A stretch of DNA of 64,000 nt from Stegostoma tigrinum (GCF_030684315.1 NC_081355.1:25259316-25323315); one strand, 5' to 3'; shown: positions 39,098-49,720, counted from the stretch's first letter. Program-made: numbers and translations. The notes: generated by a model not told the origin, from the sequence alone.

Positions 39098-40681
39098 TGA
39101 TGTACTGAAAATTTTGTCAAACATTAAGATTGACAAGTCGCCAGGCCCGGATCAGATTTGTCCTCGGCTGCTTTGGGAAGCGAGAAATGCAATTGCTTCG
39201 CCACTTGCGAAGATCTTTGCATCCTCGCTCTCCACTGGAGTCGTACCTGAGGACTGGAGAGAGGCAAATGTAATTCCTCTCTTCAAGAAAGGAAATAGGG
39301 AAATCCCCGGCAATTATAGACCGGTAAGTCTCACGTCTGTCGTCTGCAAGGTGTTAGAAAGGATTCTGAGGGATAAGATTTATGACCATCTGGAAGAGCA
39401 TGGCTTGATCAAATACAGTCAACACGGCTTTGTGAGGGGTAGGTCATGCCTTACAAACCTTATCGAGTTTTTTGAGGATGTGACTAGTAAGGTTGATGAG
39501 GGTCAAGCTGTGGATGTGGTGTATATGGACTTCAGTAAGGCATTTGATAAGGTTCCCCATGGAAGGCTCATTCAGAAGGTCAGGAGGAATGGGATACAGG
39601 GGAACTTAGCTGCTTGGATACAGAATTGGCTGGCCAACAGAAGACAGCGAGTGGTAGTAGAAGGAAAATATTCTGCCTGGAAGTCAGTGGTGAGTGGGGT
39701 TCCACAGGGCTCTGTCCTTGGGCCTCTACTGTTTGTAATTTTTATTAATGACTTGGACGAGGGAATTGAAGGATGGGTCAGCAAGTTTGCAGACGACACA
39801 AAGGTCGGAGGTGTCGTTGACAGTGTAGAGGGCTGTTGTAGGCTGCAGCGGGACATTGACAGGATGCAGAGATGGGCTGAGAGGTGGCAGATGGAGTTCA
39901 ACCTGGATAAATGCGAGGTGATGCATTTTGGAAGGTCGAATTTGAAAGCTGAGTACAGGATTAAGGATAGGATTCTTGGCAGCGTGGAGGAACAGAGGGA
40001 TCTTGGTGTGCAGATACATAGATCCCTTAAAATGGCCACCCAAGTGGACAGGGTTGTTAAGAAAGCATATGGTGTTTTGGCTTTCATTAACAGGGGGATT
40101 GAGTTTAAGAGTCGTGAGATCTTGTTGCAGCTCTATAAAACTTTGGTTAGACCGCACTTGGAATACTGCGTCCAGTTCTGGGCGCCCTATTATAGGAAAG
40201 ATGTGGATGCTTTGGAGAGGGTTCAGAGGAGGTTTACCAGGATGCTGCCTGGACTGGAGGGCTTATCTTATGAAGAGAGGTTGACTGAGCTCGGTCTCTT
40301 TTCATTGGAGAAAAGGAGGAGGAGAGGGGACCTAATTGAGGTATACAAGATAATGAGAGGCATAGATAGAGTCGATAGCCAGAGACTATTTCCCAGGGCA
40401 GAAATGGCTAGCACGAGGGGTCATAGTTTTAAGCTGGTTGGTGGAAAGTATAGAGGGGATGTCAGAGGCAGGTTCTTTACGCAGAGAGTTGTGAGAGCAT
40501 GGAATGCGTTGCCAGCAGCAGTTGTGGAAGCAAGGTCATTGGGGTCATTTAAGAGACTGCTGGACATGCATATGGTCACAGAAATTTGAGGGTGCATCCA
40601 TGAGGATCAATGGTCGGCACAACATTGTGGGCTGAAGGGCCTGTTCTGTGCTGTACTGTTCTATGTTCTATGTTCTATGTT
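39098..40681 (+). mobile_element. Young 5'-truncated CR1 LINE inserted in the PLE
   Basis: Uninterrupted ORF2 half, (GTTCTAT)n tail and flanking CTAAC duplication; the empty site is visible in the 43441-44768 copy. Confidence 0.95.
39114..40589 (+). CDS. CR1 ORF2 reverse transcriptase domain (endonuclease missing)
   Basis: 491-aa open frame with KSPGPD, NYRPVSLTS, YMDFSKAFDKVPH, GVPQGSVLGP and KFADD. Confidence 0.95.
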   Translation: MSNIKIDKSPGPDQICPRLLWEARNAIASPLAKIFASSLSTGVVPEDWREANVIPLFKKGNREIPGNYRPVSLTSVVCKVLERILRDKIYDHLEEHGLIKYSQHGFVRGRSCLTNLIEFFEDVTSKVDEGQAVDVVYMDFSKAFDKVPHGRLIQKVRRNGIQGNLAAWIQNWLANRRQRVVVEGKYSAWKSVVSGVPQGSVLGPLLFVIFINDLDEGIEGWVSKFADDTKVGGVVDSVEGCCRLQRDIDRMQRWAERWQMEFNLDKCEVMHFGRSNLKAEYRIKDRILGSVEEQRDLGVQIHRSLKMATQVDRVVKKAYGVLAFINRGIEFKSREILLQLYKTLVRPHLEYCVQFWAPYYRKDVDALERVQRRFTRMLPGLEGLSYEERLTELGLFSLEKRRRRGDLIEVYKIMRGIDRVDSQRLFPRAEMASTRGHSFKLVGGKYRGDVRGRFFTQRVVRAWNALPAAVVEARSLGSFKRLLDMHMVTEI

Positions 40682-40907
40682 CTAACCGGTTCTTCCTCTC
40701 ACCCATCCCTTCCTCCCACCCCCAGCCGCACCCCCAGCTACCTACTAACCTCATCCCACCTCCTTGACCTGTCCGTCTTCCCTGGACTGACCTATCCCCT
40801 CCCTACCTCCCCACCTACACCCTCTCCACCTATCTTCTTTGCTCTCCATCTTCGGTCCGCCTCCCCCTCTCTCCCTATTTATTCCAGTTCCCTCCCCCCA
40901 TCCCCCT

Positions 40908-40939
40908 CTCTGATGAAGGGTCTAGGCCCGAAACGTCAG
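40908..40939 (+). ncRNA. Minimal hammerhead ribozyme motif
   Basis: CTGATGA (40910-40916), A, stem II GGGT-CTAG-GCCC, GAAA (40930-40933), CGTC; predicted cleavage after C40937. Confidence 0.75.
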
Positions 40940-41899
40940 CTTTTGTGCTCCTGAGATGCTGCTTGGCCTGCTGTGTTCATCCAGCCTCACATTTTATTAT
41001 TCCTATAAGCTACCTATTGACTACGCCAACAGTTACCATTCCAGCCATTAGGTCACCCTCTAGGTGTATCTAAAATAAAAGCATTTACTCCCTGCTAACA
41101 CCATGTACTAAAACTTTGGCAATCAAGTTGCTCACATGAGGATAATTAGTTTGAGTGGCTCCTGTAATTTTGTGCATGACTATAGAATTACTTGTCATTT
41201 GAGGAATATCTTGTTGACAAGAATTCCCTTTGGTTCTCATGTACCTTGTTTACTTGCCTTGCACACACAACAGTTTATATTTGATCTCACTGCTGTTGTC
41301 AGAGGCACAGCTTAGTATGTGGTACTGCTGGCTGGTTGTACTTCTTTCTCTGCACTGCCTTTACGTATGCCTATACCTCACAACTTCCAGAAATTTGTAC
41401 AAACATGTCCCACCTTATGACAATGGTAAAACTTCAGACATCTCTTCCACCCTTAGCACTCTCGTTTCATGCCTGAGGAAGTCTTTCGGGAATCTTCACA
41501 ACTGTCCCTTCTTGTCCCTGGTTATTTTTCTTATTTCTTGTATTTGTGATTGTGATGAGAAACGGATTGGGTTTGTGGACCAGGTTACAATTGTCAAACA
41601 CTTCAGCTGCCTTTCTCGTTGTTGCAAGCTCTTGGTTTTCTTTATGAGATTCTATCAATTTATACAATGAAGTCTTAAATTCTTCTCGGAAAAGGATCTC
41701 ATGTGCAGTCTCTACCGTCAATGCCTTCACCCAATTAGCAATGTTATTTTACTTTACCCTCTCAAATTCTATATAAGTCTGCTCTAGCTACTTAAGGGTA
41801 TACAACATTCCTGCCTGCCAGTCACAGGGAGAAACTTGTATGCACTAAGAATAACCTTAATTGCCACTTTGTAATCTATACCCAAACCAAGCTATTCCA

Positions 41900-43305
41900 C
41901 TTCGGTTACATCACAGGCATCTACATGACAATGTGGAAAATTGTCCAGATATGTCCTGTACACAAAAGCATCCAATACGGCCAATTACTGCCTCATCAAT
42001 CTACTCTACTGGTTATCAGTAAAGTGATTGAAGTTGTTAGCAATAATGCTATCATGTAGCGTCCGTTCAGCAATAATCAGCTCAGTGACTCCCACTTTGG
42101 GTTCTGCCAGGGCCACACTAATGCTTTGGTTCAAAAATAGACAAAAGAACTGAATTCCAGAGGTGAGGTGAGAGTGATAACCCTCAAAATCAAGGCTGCA
42201 TTTGACTTTGTATGGGTTTGAGGATTCCTAGCAAAACTGGAATCAATGGGAAAGAGGGAGCAGAATCTCCACTGGTTGCACTCATACCTGGCGCATAGGA
42301 AAATGGTTGTGGTTTTGGAAGGTCAGTCATCTCACCTCAAGACATTCCTGCATGAGTTCCTCTGGATAGTGTCCTAGGACCAATCATTTTCAGCTGCTTC
42401 ATCAATGACCTTCCATCCATCATAAGGTCAGAAGTGGGAATGTTTGCTGATGATTGCACAGTGCTCAACACCATTCACAACTCCTCAGACACTGAAGCAG
42501 ACCATGTTCAATTGCAACAATATCTGGACAAGATTCAGGTTCGGTCTTACAAGTGGCAAGTAACATTCATGCTACACAAATGCCAGGCAATGACCGTCTC
42601 TGAAAAGAGACAATCTAACCACAGCCTCTTGACATTCAATGGCGTTACCATCACTGAATCTTCAATTGTCAACACCCTGGGGGTTCCCATTGACTGGAAA
42701 CTCAATAGGACTCACCACATAAACATAGTGGCTACAAGAATAGCTCAGAGGCTTGGAATACTGCTGCAAGTAACTCCTCCAAGCCTGCCCACCATCTGCA
42801 AGGTATAAGAAAGGAGTGTGGTGGAACTTGCTTGAAAGAGGCAGACCTATCAACACAGAAGAAACTTGACACCATCCAGGACCAAGGAGCCCACTTCATT
42901 GGCACCACAGCCACAAACATCCAGTCCCTCCACCACCAACTCTCAGTTTAAGCAGGATGTACTATTTACTAGATGCACAGCAGAAATTCACCAAATATCC
43001 TTAAATTGTGCCTTCCAATCCTGCAACAACTTCTATCTAGAAGGGCAAGAGTAGCAGAAAAATGGAAATACCACCTACAGGCTACATGCTAAGTTATTCA
43101 ATATCCTTACTTGGAAATATATTGTTGTGCTTTCACTTTTGCCTTGATAAGATCCTGGCATGCCATTCCTAAGGGTGTTGAGCTAATCTACAGCAGTTAA
43201 GGACTGCAGCAATTGAAGAAGACAGCTCACCACCACTGTTTCAAGGACAACTTAGAATAAATGCTGGCTTACTTGTGACACTCACCTCCTACACATGAAA
43301 AAAGA
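41900..43305 (+). mobile_element. CR1-clade LINE (second family), decayed RT and 3' end
   Basis: MFADDCTVLNTIHNSSDTEA...KWQVTF; homologous to 6015-7478. Confidence 0.85.
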
Positions 43306-43539
43306 TGAAACCTCCTCAGAAAGCAAGCCATTACTTCATCAGCCATGTCTGACAGCCTGCTGTACATGAGTAGTGCTCAGCCTCCTCTTGCCATCTTGCA
43401 TACTAAGCTATCTTTGAAAAGAAATCAGAAATACCTCTGCGAGAGATGATGGGAACTGCAGATGCTGGAGATTCCAAGATAATAAAATGTGAGGCTGGAT
43501 GAACACAGCAGGCCAAGCAGCATCTCAGGAGCACAAAAG

Positions 43540-43571
43540 CTGACGTTTCGGGCCTAGACCCTTCATCAGAG
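43540..43571 (-). ncRNA. Minimal hammerhead ribozyme motif
   Basis: Same intact core as 40908-40939. Confidence 0.75.
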
Positions 43572-43793
43572 AGGGGGATGGGGGGAGGGAACTGGAATAA
43601 ATAGGGAGAGAGGGGGAGGCGGACCGAAGATGGAGAGTAAAGAAGATAGGTGGAGAGGGTGTAGGTGGGGAGGTAGGGAGGGGATAGGTCAGTCCAGGGA
43701 AGACGGACAGGTCAAGGAGGTGGGATGAGGTTAGTAGGTAGCTGGGGGTGCGGCTTGGGGTGGGAGGAAGGGATGGGTGAGAGGAAGAACCGG

Positions 43794-44765
43794 TTAGGGA
43801 GGCAGAGACAGGTTGGACTGGTTTTGGGATGCAGTGGGTGGGGGGGAAGAGCTGGGCTGGTTGTGTGGTGCAGTGGGGGGAGGGGATGAACTGGGCTGGT
43901 TTAGGGATGCAGTGGGGGAAGGGGAGATTTTGAAACTGGTGAAGTCCACATTGATACCATATGGCTGCAGGGTTCCCAGGCGGAATATGAGTTGCTGTTC
44001 CTGCAACCTTCGGGTGGCATCATTGTGGCAGTGCAGGAGGCCCATGATGGACATGTCATCAAGAGAATGGGAGGGGGAGTGGAAATGGTTTGCGACTGGG
44101 AGGTGCAGTTGTTTGTTGCGAACTGAGCGGAGGTGTTCTGCAAAGCGGTCCCCAAGCCTCCGCTTGGTTTCCCCAATGTAGAGAAAGCCGCACCGGGTAC
44201 AGTGGATGCAGTATACCACATTGGCAGATGTGCAGGTGAACCTCTGCTTAATGTGGAATGTCATCTTGGGGCCTGGGATGGGGGTGAGGGAGGAGGTGTG
44301 GGGACAAGTGTAGCATTTCCTGCGGTTGCAGGGGAAGGTGCCGGGTGTGGTGGGGTTGGAGGGCAGTGTGGAGCGAACAAGGGAGTCACGGAGAGAGTGG
44401 TCTCTCCGGAAAGCAGACAGGGGTGGGGATGGAAAAATGTCTTGGGTGGTGGGGTCGGATTGTAAATGGCGGAAGTGTCGGAGGATAATGCGTTGTATCC
44501 GGAGGTTGGTAGGGTGGTGTGTGAGAACGAGGGGGATCCTCTTGGGGCGGTTGTGGCGGGGGCGGGGTGTGAGGGATGTGTCGCGGGAAATGCGGGAGAC
44601 GCGGTCAAGGGCGTTCTCAATCACCGTGGGGGGGAAGTTGCGGTCCTTAAAGAACTTGGACATCTGGGATGTGCGGGAGTGGAATGTCTTATCGTGGGAG
44701 CAGATGCGGCGGAGGCGGAGGAATTGGGAATAGGGGATGGAATTTTTGCAGGAGGGTGGGTGGGA
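43794..44765 (-). CDS. PLE ORF C-terminal 323 aa: RT thumb, Cys linker, GIY-YIG
   Basis: SHPPSCKNSIPYSQFLRLRRICS (PLE RT thumb) is in frame with RIPLVLTHHP, CNRRKCYTC and VY..YIGET; no stops. Confidence 0.92.
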   Translation of the reverse strand, partial: SHPPSCKNSIPYSQFLRLRRICSHDKTFHSRTSQMSKFFKDRNFPPTVIENALDRVSRISRDTSLTPRPRHNRPKRIPLVLTHHPTNLRIQRIILRHFRHLQSDPTTQDIFPSPPLSAFRRDHSLRDSLVRSTLPSNPTTPGTFPCNRRKCYTCPHTSSLTPIPGPKMTFHIKQRFTCTSANVVYCIHCTRCGFLYIGETKRRLGDRFAEHLRSVRNKQLHLPVANHFHSPSHSLDDMSIMGLLHCHNDATRRLQEQQLIFRLGTLQPYGINVDFTSFKISPSPTASLNQPSSSPPPTAPHNQPSSSPPPTASQNQSNLSLPP

Positions 44766-45572
44766 GCACAGAAATACCTCTGCACCATTTTGGCCAAATT
44801 TTCAGAGGCATGCATAAATTTCAGCAGCTCCCCATTGGGTCTTGGTTTAGACTCAGATATTTACTTGTCAGAATGCTTCTTGGTCTCAGAGGCCTTTTAT
44901 TTATTTCCAGCTATTTAAACTGATATTCTCTCTCGCTACTCTTTCCCTCAACTTAATTTCTAGATCTAAATTCTTAAATTCTCTTTATTTTTTACTTCTC
45001 GCTCTGAAGTGCTATGTCTTTTTCTTCCCCCTCCCCCTGCAGTGCTGTTTATCCTCCTTTTTCTGCTCTGTGCAATTCTTCTCTTTGAAGTCTAAGTTTT
45101 TAATTCCCATTTATTTTTCCCATTTAACCAGCTTTGCAATTGAATTCTTTCAATCTCTATTAACTCACCATCTGACTGGATTCACCATTCTTCCAATTCA
45201 AAAGTTGTGCTATTGCCTCAGTTACATTGCTGTCCTAGCCTTTATTTTTAGCTCTCATTCCGAATTCTCGGCCAAACCTTGGTTATTCTTGCAAGTCATT
45301 CAGGAATAAATTTCTGTGCAGAAAATTCTTAGTGTTTGCCAAAGCCATTTTGGTATAATACTGCTCAATAAACCTAACGTATTTCCTACAACCCTTCCAA
45401 ATATTGACACCCAGCTTTCAATTAAAGTTTGCATGAGGTATCCTATTGTGAGCACCAGTTATGTTCTGACCAATATTGAGGAGTGCGCTATTGCTCTAGT
45501 CCTACAACTTCACAGGTCACAACTTAGAATACTTTTTCTGTTTATCAAGAAAACCAATTAGGTAACTTATCC

Positions 45573-45706
45573 AAGGTAACAAGGCCTAGAGCTGGATGAA
45601 CACGGCAGGCCAGGCAGCATCAGAGGAGCAGGAAAGCTGAGTTTCGGGCCTCGACCCTCTACACCTTGTTATCTCAGATTCTCCAGCATCTATAGTTCCT
45701 ACTATC
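45573..45706. mobile_element. Non-autonomous PLE fold-back element
   Basis: Minus arm joined to a short plus arm with tail; flanking repeat TAGGTAACTTA at 45559-45569 and 45707-45717. Confidence 0.85.
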
Positions 45707-46569
45707 TAGGTAACTTACCTATTTCCTTTTTTAAACAAGATCTATTAGCTGAGCTTCTTAATAAATACTATTTTATCAAAACAAAACTTATTCAGTAAAT
45801 ATGCAAGAATCAGTCAAGATTGGTTTCCTGAAGAAAAATATACATTTTTCTCAGTGGGTATTCTTGAAGACAAAACAATCAAGTGTAGAATATTCTGGAG
45901 TTTATTGCTGCAAGGTTGTGGCTAATGTGATCAAGCCACTGAAAATGCAGGGTGGTCTATGCAGTTTGCCCTGACACCACCTTGTTTCCCTGAGTGAAAT
46001 CAATGGAGTGAGGTCCAATCACATATGTGGTAGCTATTGAATGTTCTGCTGGACCTGTATCTTCAAGGCAGTTGTGACTCTTTCCACAGAGATAATCAGG
46101 TGCTCACATGCCAGAGCCATGGTTGTAATGGAAACTGTTTGAAGGACTTGTCCATCTTTTATTTCAAAATCTACTAAATGCCTCTGGAACACCATCCTCA
46201 TGTTCTTTCACCACATCTTACAGGTTCAGCACTCCAATTATATTCAAGAACACCACTTTTCTTGGAGCTCTCAGTCTGGTTGTTAGTAGGCTTTTCCAAA
46301 AATGAAACAGAGGGAAGGACTGATTATGATGGAAACATCCGAGATCAGTTAGTTTTCATGCAGGAGTAGGAGAGGTGGTCCTCAATAAGGAGTACAAAGC
46401 TTAGAGAAAAGGAAGGGCTCATAGTTCCTGAAAATGAGGGGGATGTCAGACCCTGAATTGACACATGGTGGGTGATGCTGAGGGCTGTAGTCCATCATCC
46501 TCGGTGAGATGGATATTCAGTGGCAGAGTTAGAGTCAATGATATCTGTCTGAGTGTGAGTAGCAGAGAA

Positions 46570-47045
46570 AAGATGGAGACACTTATCTTTGTGGAATGTA
46601 GGATATCATTGACTTTCTTTCTGCACTGCTGGGTGTCCCTTTCCAGAGTGGGCACAACACTGACCTCTGCTGTTATCTCTGTCCAGGATGGCTGAGTCTG
46701 TTGGTGTAGCCTCTTGCTGCAGTCATTAGGTAAAAAGGCTGAGAGAGAGAAAATGGGAGCTGCAGATGCTGGAGAATCCAAGATAACAAAGTATGAAGCT
46801 GGATGAACACAGCAGGCCAAGCAGCATCTTAGGAGCACAGAAACTGACATTTTGGGCCTCTCTGATGAAGGGTCTAGGCCCGAAACGTCAGCTTTTGTGT
46901 ACCTAAGATGCTGCTTGGCCTGCTGTGTTCATCCAGCTTCATACTTTGTTATCTAGGTAAAAAAACTGACCCCTCATTACCCCATCTACCAGTAACTCAT
47001 CACTTTACTCTAGGAAGTGTGAAGCAAATTTCTTTTGCGCCACAT
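46570..47045 (-). pseudogene. Myb/SANT-like DNA-binding gene remnant of a Harbinger transposon
   Basis: WTEITAEVSVVPTLERDTQQCRKKVNDILHSTK is a trihelix/MSANTD-type pattern; interrupted by a PLE fold-back. Confidence 0.7.
46743..46953. mobile_element. Non-autonomous PLE fold-back element with intact hammerhead (46862-46889)
   Basis: Inverted arms share the variant CTTCATAC; TSD TAGGTAAAAA(GG/AA)CTGA at 46727-46742 and 46954-46969. Confidence 0.9.
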
Positions 47046-49084
47046 AGTGAGAGTGAGGAGGCGAGCACTAGACCATGAGGGATGGAAAATCATTTGCGGC
47101 ATCAGAATGGTGCCTGCCAGAGACTTGGAAGCCAGATAATCTGGGCAGCTCATAGAATTTCTATCTCACTGAGTAAAGTACCTAATAGCTTGCTTGCATT
47201 AATAAAGCCTTACACCAGGCCAGAGCAGAAATAAACCCATGAAAGTTCCTCTCCAACACTCTTTAACTTCGCATGGTTAAATCATAAGTGATAGGAGAAA
47301 GAGTGAGAAAGAGCGAGAGCTATAAATTTAGAAGCTGCTAGTTCTGTGCCTCATGCAGAGAAAATACACCATGCAAAATCCTGGTGGCAGCTCACATTCA
47401 GGTTGATGAGACAGATTATATGCAGATTGAAATTAGACTGGAAGCTCCACCTAGCTTGGCTAGAGGGAAGAACCCCCAATTCGCCCTTCACCATGAAAAT
47501 TAGTGTTGGGCTAGAAGTTTTCCACTGGCAAAAGGAAAGGAAATAAACAAGCATGTAGGCACAAATAATCTCTCTAGGCTCTTCCTGGATAATGAAGTGT
47601 CCACTTAACATGGAATTTCAACAGTGTGAACAGTTCAGTAGGAGAAGTTATTTGCTGTAGCTTATAACTACTGTAGTTTTGTACAGTGAAAATCTTAAGA
47701 ATTAAAGACTTGTCACATGCCTGTCACTGGAGTTCAGACTTCTTTTCAAAAGTTAGCAGTCTCCCTGGGAGTTACTGCAAAATTTACAGCCCTGCTTTAA
47801 GAATCTATAATTGGTACCAATCTCACATGAGCCTGGTTCCTCTGCTGAGCTTGCAACTATTCGGCCTCACATTTGCACAAGGTAGAACACTACTCATGAA
47901 GCTGATTAGGCAGCACAATGTGTGCATGCTGCCTGCCCACTTCAGGAATGGGATATTTGCAAATCATAATCTCTGCATCCACTAAGAGGCCTTAAGAATT
48001 TTTTAGATCTCTAATTCCATTGAACTGCATACATCTGTGTGAACATCTTTTCATTTAGAACTGGAAGAATGATACACAAGCAATGCAAATGCTGCAATAA
48101 AACTCAATCACTTAAAATAACGTGGATTTGCTACATTCATGTGGCTGAATCTCCATGTGTTAATCTAGGACTAACGACTATTGTTTTGGATTGTTTGAAT
48201 GAATGTCCGTATAACTGACTGCCTTGCTGCTGACCGTCCTGAGATCACTTCGGGCAGGACGTTAGCTCTGTAACAGATTGCATGCAATTGAAATTTTGCT
48301 GCCAGGTTTAAAGAAATGATTATTCACAATCAGTTTGGATGATATTCATATTGGTTCCTTAGTGATGACTTATGGTGTGATTTGTAGCTGATTACAGGAA
48401 TTGATCTTAGATCAATGGTGATGAGAATAATTCCTAAAAAAAAGATTTAATTCTAAATGCACAAACCAATTTCGCCATTGTGGGTCAGATTGCCAAGACA
48501 TGGCATTACAATCTTTGAATCTCCCATCACCACCAGGCTGGAGCTTTTGTACAGGGTTGTACGTGACTAGAAGCTTAATTGATCAGCCCTATAATATGTA
48601 AGTGCAAAAGAAGGCCCAAACTGGTTACCCAAAGACAAATGATTTAACTGCCAGCACCATAAATCTTCTCCATAAAAATCAGAAATCAATTAATATGATA
48701 AAGTCTATACTATTTGCCTAACGAGTGCAGTGCAAAGGCACTCAAGAAGTTCATTGCCATTCTGATAAAGCAATCATGTTGGGTGTCAGCCCATTTACTG
48801 TCTTCAACATCCACTCCCTCCACCACCATCTTAAAATGCTGCAGGGTGTAACATCCACAACAAGTCCCAACTTTCAATTACCTAGAAGATTGGGAACAGC
48901 AAATGCATGAAAACACCGTCGCTTCTGAAACAAAAATAAAGGTATTTTTACAGATGACCATGTTCCTCAGTTTCACATTGTTTGTAAGTTGGATGATGTA
49001 TTTTTATTCCAAAATCCACATTATGTATAGTGTCAGGGAGAGTAGAATACCCAATACTGATTTTTGAGGACACCATACAAACAC

Positions 49085-49720
49085 GTGAATATGGAACAAG
49101 GGTAGGCCACTCAGCCCTTCCACCCTGCTCTGTCATTCAATAAGATCATAGCTGGTCTGATTTGAACCTCAACTCTATATTCCTTCATACCCCTGATAAT
49201 TTTTCATCCCCTTGGTAATCAAGATTTTTTCTGTGCCTGCCTTAAAAATATTTCAAGGTTCTATATTGACTGTCTTTTGAGGAAGGGAATTTCAAAAACT
49301 CACAATCCTCTGATAGAAAAGATGTTTTCCCATCTCTGTTTTAAATGGGTGCCTCCTTATTTTTAACCAATGGCCTTGAGTTCTAGATCTTCCTATAAGG
49401 GGAAGCATTCTTTCTCTGTTGACCACTTTCAAGTCCCCTCAGGGTCTTATGTGTTTAAATTTAGTCAACTCTGATTTTTCTAAACTTTGAAGGGTTTTGG
49501 CCTACACTGTACTACATACAGAACTTCAAATGTACATTTTAGATCCAATACTCTGTGTAGCTGTTTAGCCTTCTAACTCGTGCATTCAAACCACCTTGCG
49601 ATAAACTATTAAGTTCTATTAGCTTTCTTGATTACTTGCTGTACCTGCATACAGACCTTTCGTGATTCAGGCACTAGGATACCCGGAGTGCTGCATCTCA
49701 GAGCTCAGCAACTTCTAGTA
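49085..49720 (-). mobile_element. CR1 3' fragment
   Basis: Reverse strand encodes DLNT.DPEGT, HPFKTEMGK..FYQRIVSF.NSLPQK. Confidence 0.75.

Larger units (their letters stand above)
37975..40997 (+). mobile_element. Young Neptune-type PLE with inverted 5' terminal repeat, interrupted by CR1
   Basis: 37981-38276 is the reverse complement of the element's own 3' end plus tail. Sense body 38276-39097 and 40687-41000. TSD TATTCCTATAAGCT at 37961-37974 and 40998-41011. Confidence 0.95.
43441..44768 (-). mobile_element. Young Neptune-type PLE, 5'-truncated, with tail
   Basis: Near-identical to the 38-41 kb copy; exact TSD CAGAAATACCTCTGC at 43426-43440 and 44769-44783. Confidence 0.95.
36845..45330 (-). 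mobile_element. Decayed, internally deleted Gmr1-like Gypsy LTR retrotransposon (LTR limits not defined)
   Basis: Minus-strand order: gag N-terminus (about 45330-44790), SCAN-like gag (41800-41480), decayed zinc knuckle FYHCHKVGHVCTNF (about 41385-41430), protease end VTVGVV..GIVDLALENDL (41070-41000 joined to 37960-37935), RNase H. RT and integrase not seen. Confidence 0.7.

Noticed and set aside
38065-40284. Alternative-frame and antisense ORFs over the PLE and CR1 (also 43813-44923)
   Set aside because: Shadows of the real retroelement frames.
38278-40589. GIY-YIG ORF followed by an RT ORF as a novel endonuclease-RT operon or fusion
   Set aside because: The RT is an independent CR1 insertion after the PLE stop codon, as shown by its tail, the CTAAC duplication and the empty site at about 43785-43800.
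23521-46953. Fold-back elements as DNA-transposon MITEs, miRNA genes or CRISPR repeats
   Set aside because: Arms are the 3' end of the GIY-YIG retroelement, junctions vary, TSDs are long and copies are dispersed with no spacer array. Small-RNA production is not excluded but is unsupported.
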